From assembly GCA_051439505.1 (NCBI GenBank), contig JBFRWI010000042.1, positions 1-43,503 on the forward strand: DNA of 43,503 nucleotides, written 5' to 3'. The stretch comes from Hormoscilla sp. (lineage in GTDB: Bacteria; Cyanobacteriota; Cyanobacteriia; Cyanobacteriales; Desertifilaceae). How positions within the stretch are numbered: the stretch's first letter is position 1; every line of letters starts with the position of its first letter. The notes under the pieces are model-generated. The model searched no databases and had not been told where the DNA came from. It worked only from the letters and a program-made list of their open reading frames with translations. This document shows, piece by piece, positions 38,025-43,503 of the stretch. A program made the translations under genes and the position numbers.

Positions 38025-38215
38025 TCATTGGTCATGGCCTAAAAGGTCAAAGATGTGGTTGAACACTTTGACCTCTTCTCCTGGACGTGAGTTCGACGGA
38101 TGCTCAAACCCACGTCCTGTAGTTCCGGCTGGGAGATATCAGAGTAAATAATTTTGAACCTGAGAGCAACTCTCCAAGTCTAAAAGTGCAGTTGTGAATC
38201 ATTCAGGTTTTAACC

Positions 38216-38689
38216 ATGAACACCAAAAAATTGTTTGCTGGTGCGATCGCGGCATTGGTTTTATCCACAGGTTTTGTCACTGAGGTATCTGCTAAACCGT
38301 CATTCAATGGCGGTCAACCTCAGATGATGGCAGGACGAGGCCATGCAGCGCTGAATCTGACTCCGGAGCAAGAAGCACAAATGAACCAAATTCGCTCATC
38401 TACTCACGCTCAGATTGAAAGTGTCCTGACACCCGCACAGAAAGAGCAATTGAACGCTGCCCGTGAAGAAGGACGGGGACGGGGACGGGGACGGGGACGA
38501 GGACGGGGACGAGGACGGGGTGGTGTTCACATTTGGGAACAGCTTAATCTTACTCCAGAGCAACAAGCAAAAATAGATCGCATTCGCCAGGAATCTAAGG
38601 AAAAGATCGATGCTGTTTTCACTCCACAGCAGCGGGAACAATTGCAGTTGATGCGTCAAAATCGTCATCAAAATCGCCGTCAGTCTTAA
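38216..38689 (+). CDS. Spy/CpxP-family (LTxxQ) exported protein with a (GR)8 tract
   Basis: Signal peptide; LNLTPEQ, VLTPAQ, LNLTPEQ and FTPQQ motifs; GGACGR x8 at 38471-38518. Confidence 0.88.
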   Translation: MNTKKLFAGAIAALVLSTGFVTEVSAKPSFNGGQPQMMAGRGHAALNLTPEQEAQMNQIRSSTHAQIESVLTPAQKEQLNAAREEGRGRGRGRGRGRGRGRGGVHIWEQLNLTPEQQAKIDRIRQESKEKIDAVFTPQQREQLQLMRQNRHQNRRQS

Positions 38690-38930
38690 GAGGCTGCTTG
38701 AAAAGTTTATGAAGGTATAAAATTAGGCTAGGGTGCATCTCACTTGCGCACGGGCGCCCTTCGCTACGCCCCTACAGATTTATCTGATATCGCCATCTTT
38801 TCAATTTGCCCAAAGATAACTAGAAAAGCAATTACTTTCCACAACAGGAATAAGGCAATTAGAGTAACAGGTATTGCACGATCGGACCCTCCCTTTGATA
38901 CTGTACTTATCTTAGCACAAGAACCCTCAT

Positions 38931-39941
38931 CTAACAATCCGAGATCTCCATTGCTTGCCCTTGCTGCTTGAGTGATTCAGCGATCGCCCGGAGAATGGCT
39001 ACCAGTTCAGCACCCACCTGTCCGGAAGAAATGCCCGATCGCCTATTTTCGCGAACGCAGGCCAGAAAATGGTCGCAAACCTTTCCCAAGGGTTCCGCAG
39101 CTTCTAGCTGCACCACTTCTCTTCTCACATCCACCGGCATAAAGCGATCGCCCTTTTGAGCAAAGCTACCATACTCTATTCTCAGGGGAGTTTCTGTCAA
39201 CATTTCATCAAAAATTAAAGTTCCCTGACTCCCCACAACACCGAGACGGCGCTGTTTATCCGGGTTATTCCAACTGACGTGAATAGTTGCTTGAAAGCCA
39301 CTAGGATAAGTCAATTCCGCCCAGACAACATCACGATTACCTGCTTGCAACCAAGTAGTTCCCCATGCTCTAACCCTGACGGGAATTTCTCCCAACCAAC
39401 TATTAAAAATGGTAATATCGTGAATGGCTAAATCCCACATGGCGTCAACATCCTGGCGGACCGGTCCCAGGTTGGTGCGGGCGGCGTAACCATAGCGCAA
39501 TTCTCCCAAGCATCCCGATGATACCACCTCTTTGCCTCGCACTACTGCTGGATTAAATAGATAGGTGTGGTCAACAACTAATTGCCGCTGCTGTTGTTCC
39601 GCAAAATGGTATAGTTCCCAACATTGATTTGGTTCGAGAGTTAAAGGTTTTTCTGCTAAAACGTGACATTTATGTTCGAGAGCCGCCTTAATTAAGCTAT
39701 AATGGGTAGAGGCTGGAGTGGCGATCGCCACTGCTTCTACTTGCGGCAAAACTGACTGCCAATCTGAGGTGAGGGTGACCCTTGCATCTAAATTGTAACG
39801 CTGTTTAACTGCTGCCAAGCGTTCCGAGTTGGGGTCTACCACAGCTTGCAAACGGGCTTGGGAATGTTGGTGGAAATTCCGCACTAAATGCTTTCCCCAA
39901 CGACCAGCCCCCAGTACGGCAATTGTTGTTTGATTTGTCAT
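38931..39941 (-). CDS. Gfo/Idh/MocA family oxidoreductase
   Basis: IAVLGAGRWG, IATPASTH, HVLAEKP, WDLAIHD; overlaps the rnc stop (ATGA). Confidence 0.93.
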   Translation of the reverse strand: MTNQTTIAVLGAGRWGKHLVRNFHQHSQARLQAVVDPNSERLAAVKQRYNLDARVTLTSDWQSVLPQVEAVAIATPASTHYSLIKAALEHKCHVLAEKPLTLEPNQCWELYHFAEQQQRQLVVDHTYLFNPAVVRGKEVVSSGCLGELRYGYAARTNLGPVRQDVDAMWDLAIHDITIFNSWLGEIPVRVRAWGTTWLQAGNRDVVWAELTYPSGFQATIHVSWNNPDKQRRLGVVGSQGTLIFDEMLTETPLRIEYGSFAQKGDRFMPVDVRREVVQLEAAEPLGKVCDHFLACVRENRRSGISSGQVGAELVAILRAIAESLKQQGQAMEISDC

Positions 39942-40735
39942 GCTTTTTTGGTCTTTTTTTTGTTTTCATGCACCCATAATAAAGCCTCTTTGGCCGCTGC
40001 TTGTTCCGCAGCTTTGCGCGATCGGCCCCTTCCGGCACCGTACCGCTGGCCGAACAGCCAGACTTCCGCTGTAAATTTATCCTTCCCGGTATCCTGGGTG
40101 GCGCTAGTGCGATATTCTGGCAATATTTTGTAGCTGGCTTGAGTCCATTCTTGCAATGCTGATTTATAGTCCAGATAGGCGGGATCGGCGATAATTTCTG
40201 CTGCTAACCTTTGGAAGTGGGGGTCTAACCAAGGTCGGATTAATTCTAGGGTGTGGGTGCTCAGGTAGAGGGCTCCTAACACCGCTTCAAAGGCATCTGC
40301 TACCCGTGATTGACGCCCCATTTCGTCTCTGGCCGCATTGCGCTCGATCAGCAGATATCGCTCCATACCATATATATCCGCTAGCTGGGCCAGCACCCGA
40401 TCGCTCACTAGGACTTTTCTGATCGCCGAAAACTCTCCTACAGAACAGTCTGGATATATTTCTAATAGCAACTCAGACGCTGCCATCCGCACCACCGCAT
40501 CTCCTAGGAACTCCAACTGTTCGTAGTTTTTGACGGGTGAAAATGTCGGATGGGTGAGCGCCTTGTCCAGTAAAGGCCATAAAGGTTGCACTCGCGAGGG
40601 CAATCCCAACTTCTGCACTAAACTTTCTAACTCCCGCTGTCTGCGCGGATAAGCTACTTTCTCTTCTACCATCTGCTTTCTGAGCATTGAATTCAATTCG
40701 ATTATACATGTGGGGTTATATTCCCTAGGGGTCAT
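39938..40735 (-). CDS. rnc: Ribonuclease III
   Basis: ALTH, NYEQLEFLGDAV, ADAFEAVLGALYL, dsRBD DYKSALQEW...GRSRKAAEQAAA. True start may lie downstream (e.g. MVEEK). Confidence 0.95.
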   Translation of the reverse strand: MTPREYNPTCIIELNSMLRKQMVEEKVAYPRRQRELESLVQKLGLPSRVQPLWPLLDKALTHPTFSPVKNYEQLEFLGDAVVRMAASELLLEIYPDCSVGEFSAIRKVLVSDRVLAQLADIYGMERYLLIERNAARDEMGRQSRVADAFEAVLGALYLSTHTLELIRPWLDPHFQRLAAEIIADPAYLDYKSALQEWTQASYKILPEYRTSATQDTGKDKFTAEVWLFGQRYGAGRGRSRKAAEQAAAKEALLWVHENKKKTKKA

Positions 40736-40790
40736 ACACCTCTATCTTTCTACTCTGTCAGCAGATAGAATCAAGGGTAGTAACTAAAGC

Positions 40791-41390
40791 TTATGCGGAA
40801 AGGGAGAGCACCAGATCGCGGGAAGGCTGCACCAAGTCATCGTCCAGATGGACACCGACACGGGGGGCATTTAAATTATAAGTGGCGATCGGCCTTAAAG
40901 TCAGCGGTTGCCAGTCCGATCCCGAGCCCTGATTTTTCGCCAGATGCTGTTGCTGTCGAACCTCGTGCATGGTCCGGGGTAGAACCCCAATCAGCAGTGC
41001 TAAAGCCTCGTCCGGTAATTGCCTGACAATGGATGGGCCAAAAAATTCTTTCAAACTGAACAGTAGTTTTTCCGAGCGCTTGATGGGATTTTTTGGCGAT
41101 TCTGTAATTTTCTGTAGCCACCGCATCCATTGAACCCTGATATTATAAGCCTTTTGGCGTGCTTGAGAGGTTTTAACCCGCTTCAGCACTGGTTCCCCGA
41201 TCGCGATCGTCCCTACAAAGTCTGTGTCGGCTGGAGAGAAAACCGCCGCACCAGGACCAACAAATTCGGCGTAATGGGTCTTACAAACTATCAGACCACT
41301 TTTTTTCTGTTCGCCCAAAACTAAAATCTCATCTGATGATTGTATATAGCAGCCATTTTCCCGATCTAAATTTATAACTTGTCTCTGCAC
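40791..41390 (-). CDS. Conserved cyanobacterial hypothetical protein, possibly with a CRP-like C-terminal HTH
   Basis: GLIVCK..YAEFVGPGAAV and LP.EALALLIGVLPRT. GTG start with GGAGG SD. Confidence 0.7.
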   Translation of the reverse strand: MQRQVINLDRENGCYIQSSDEILVLGEQKKSGLIVCKTHYAEFVGPGAAVFSPADTDFVGTIAIGEPVLKRVKTSQARQKAYNIRVQWMRWLQKITESPKNPIKRSEKLLFSLKEFFGPSIVRQLPDEALALLIGVLPRTMHEVRQQQHLAKNQGSGSDWQPLTLRPIATYNLNAPRVGVHLDDDLVQPSRDLVLSLSA

Positions 41391-41820
41391 GGTTTACCTC
41401 CCTATGCTGCTGTGAGCCTCGTGATTATTAATTTTCTACTTAATCAAGCCTACATCACAGTCGGGAGCCTGCGTATTTTCAGCAGAACACTTTACATAAT
41501 CTTCTTATCTACTCACTTACTTTTATACATTTTTTAACTTTAAGCGCATATTCTGCCTCCTAGCTGGGGTTCTCCCGGCTAAGTAAGTAAGATTACATAT
41601 GTAATCTCAGTGTTTACAGCATTGTTTCCTCAGTGCTTCCACAGCAGTAGGTAATACAGTTTAGCGATTTTTGCGGATATATACGGATAAAAACTGGCAT
41701 CTCCTAGCAAGACTCGCCTGCCAGTTGAGTGCTAGTCACTAATGCTTTTGGCCGGTGTGTTACGGGGGCGATCGCCCATTACTCAATTGTCAATTATCAA
41801 TTAAGATAGTGGTGGAAAAA

Positions 41821-42193
41821 GGGAAGAGTAAGTCGTAAGCCGGGTTCTGTTGTCAAGGGCTGCGGTGCAACTCTTGATGGCGGTTATCTATCTGGGACGC
41901 CTGTTACCAGACGCCTCAAGCGGTTCTTTCTGCGGAACTGGTAAAAGACCAACCGTGGTTCCTTCGACCTTGCACCCAACCGGGGTTTACCGAGCCAGCA
42001 CCTCTCGATGCTGCTGGTGCGCTCTTACCGCACCTTTGCACCCTTACCATAAATGGCGGTATTTTTCTGTGGCACTATCCTCACGATCGCTCGCACTGGG
42101 CGTTACCCAGCAAGTCTGGTCTTTCGGGAGCCCGGACTTTCCTCAGACAGACCTACAAAAAATCCATCTGCAACCACCTCCCCTACTCTTCCC
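41821..42193 (-). ncRNA. rnpB: RNase P RNA, type A
   Basis: Minus strand GAGGAAAGTCCGGGCTC...AGTGCCACAGAAA...AAGGGTGCAAAGGTGCGGTAAGAGCGCACC...GGTAAACCCC...AGATAGATAACC...ACAGAACCCGGCTTAC. P1 pairing GGGAAGAGTA / TACTCTTCCC. Confidence 0.98.
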
Positions 42194-42218
42194 TAGATCT
42201 AGTATAATCCCTGCTGGG

Positions 42219-43373
42219 TCAATCGTCCTTAAAAGCGGAAGTATTTTCAAACCAGCCTCGCCGCCAGAAGAAGAAAACCAGTCCCGAGGCGATCGCGATC
42301 ATCAGGGTCCAGCAAGCGGGATAGCCCCAATACCAGTTCAGTTCGGGCATATTCAGGGGGGAAGCTTCGGGATTAAAATTCATTCCATAGATTCCCGCCA
42401 CAAAAGTCAAGGGGATAAAAATTGTCGAAATCACGGTCAGCAGCTTCATTATCTCATTCATTTTGTTACTGACTGATGACAGATAGACATCCATTAAACC
42501 GGAAGTCAGTTCCCGATAAGTTTCGACAATATCCATCACCTGAATTGCATGATCGTAACAGTCTCGCAGATAAACAATCACGTCGGGACCGATCAGATCG
42601 CTGCCATCCCGGATAATCTTATTAATTGCCACTCGCTGGGGCCAAATGCTGCGGCGCAGGGCTAGCAATTCCCGTCTGACGTGATAAATTTTTTCTAAAG
42701 TCTGACGACTGGGGTCGAGCACTACTTCATCTTCTAACTCTTCAATGCGTTCGCCGTAATCTTCTAATACAGGAAAAAAGCCATCGATAATTGCATCTAT
42801 GAGGGCGTAGCTCAAAAAGTCGGCACTGCGGGTGCGGATGATGCCTTTGCCAGTTCTAATCCGATCGCGCACGGCCCCAAAGCAATCATGTTCTGGATTT
42901 TCCTGTATTGTCAGCAGATAGGATTTCCCTAAAATAAAACCAACTTGCTCGATGGAGAAGCCATCCCCTTTTTCCTTGGGGATTACCATCTGGCTAATCA
43001 CCACTAACTGGTCTTGATAATCCTCCACTTTGGGACGCTGAGGCACGTTCACTACATCTTCCAGCACTAGGGGATGCAGGTTAAATACCTTTCCCAGGCG
43101 TTTTAAGATCTCTTCACTCCCTAAACCCCGCACGTCTACCCAAGAAACTGTTTCTGCCTTCAGATAGGAAATGCATGCTTCCGGCGTCTCTAGTTCCACG
43201 AGAGTCGCTGTTCTGTCGTTGTAGTCTATTAAGATGATCTGGGATGGGGTGGCGTCTTCCTCTATGCTGAGTGTCCCCGGTAAGCTACCCTGTTCGTCGT
43301 AGTAGTAATCAAATAGATGTTCTTCTTCCGGTTCTGCTACTTTTTCTACTGTTGGAAATGGTCTTTTTGTCAT
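42219..43373 (-). CDS. corA: Magnesium/cobalt transporter CorA
   Basis: LHPLVLEDV...QRPKVEDY, YLRDCYDH, MNEIMKLLT, GIYGMNF, MPEL. Confidence 0.97.
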   Translation of the reverse strand: MTKRPFPTVEKVAEPEEEHLFDYYYDEQGSLPGTLSIEEDATPSQIILIDYNDRTATLVELETPEACISYLKAETVSWVDVRGLGSEEILKRLGKVFNLHPLVLEDVVNVPQRPKVEDYQDQLVVISQMVIPKEKGDGFSIEQVGFILGKSYLLTIQENPEHDCFGAVRDRIRTGKGIIRTRSADFLSYALIDAIIDGFFPVLEDYGERIEELEDEVVLDPSRQTLEKIYHVRRELLALRRSIWPQRVAINKIIRDGSDLIGPDVIVYLRDCYDHAIQVMDIVETYRELTSGLMDVYLSSVSNKMNEIMKLLTVISTIFIPLTFVAGIYGMNFNPEASPLNMPELNWYWGYPACWTLMIAIASGLVFFFWRRGWFENTSAFKDD

Positions 43374-43503
43374 CGGCTTGAATTTTTAATTGCTTTCAGT
43401 ACCCACCACAGGGACAGGGCGGCGGAGATCGCCATCCCCGCTGCTATGGCAGGATTTCCTGTAATGTAGCTCAAACCGCCCATTATGGGAATGCCGCCGA
43501 TGA

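Noticed and set aside
41850..42476. 208-aa plus-strand ORF
   Set aside because: Antisense to rnpB and corA.
1245..43373. Numerous short ORFs overlapping or antisense to core genes (e.g. 3378..3959, 18937..19575, 30838..31233)
   Set aside because: Shadow frames of well-supported genes, with no independent motifs.

Overview
A 43.5-kb chromosomal segment of a cyanobacterium, probably filamentous and Oscillatoriales-like. The evidence is dense HIP1 (GCGATCGC) sites, psaD, a cyanobacterial-type 6S RNA and rnpB, a TftA-like amidase and heptameric STRR repeats. The backbone is housekeeping: tftA-like amidase, dnaG, ssrS, yraN, a CGATCG-type m5C methyltransferase, queA, aspS, htpX, crcB, mgtE, a DICT-GAF histidine kinase, psaD, an SpkB-like kinase, pheT, rnc, rnpB and corA. 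Intergenic regions are crowded with MITEs and REP-like hairpins, several nested inside each other. Two accessory patches stand out. (i) 13.5-17.75 kb holds a tandem pair of unknown small genes and a decaying putative defence operon 3' of aspS (ABC-type ATPase, frameshifted TOPRIM/DUF3226-like gene, NspV-like restriction endonuclease with a nonsense codon). The operon is bracketed on both sides by diverged relic copies of its own ends. (ii) 27.5-30.6 kb holds a duplicated near-consensus promoter cassette with a dead HepT/MNT toxin-antitoxin pair, a Bacteroidetes-style GH5 lipoprotein with a truncated ricin domain, and a 69-bp tandem triplication of HLR1/RpaB-like boxes. I found no CRISPR array, tRNA, rRNA or intact transposase. 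All family calls come from motif recognition and memory, not from database searches.
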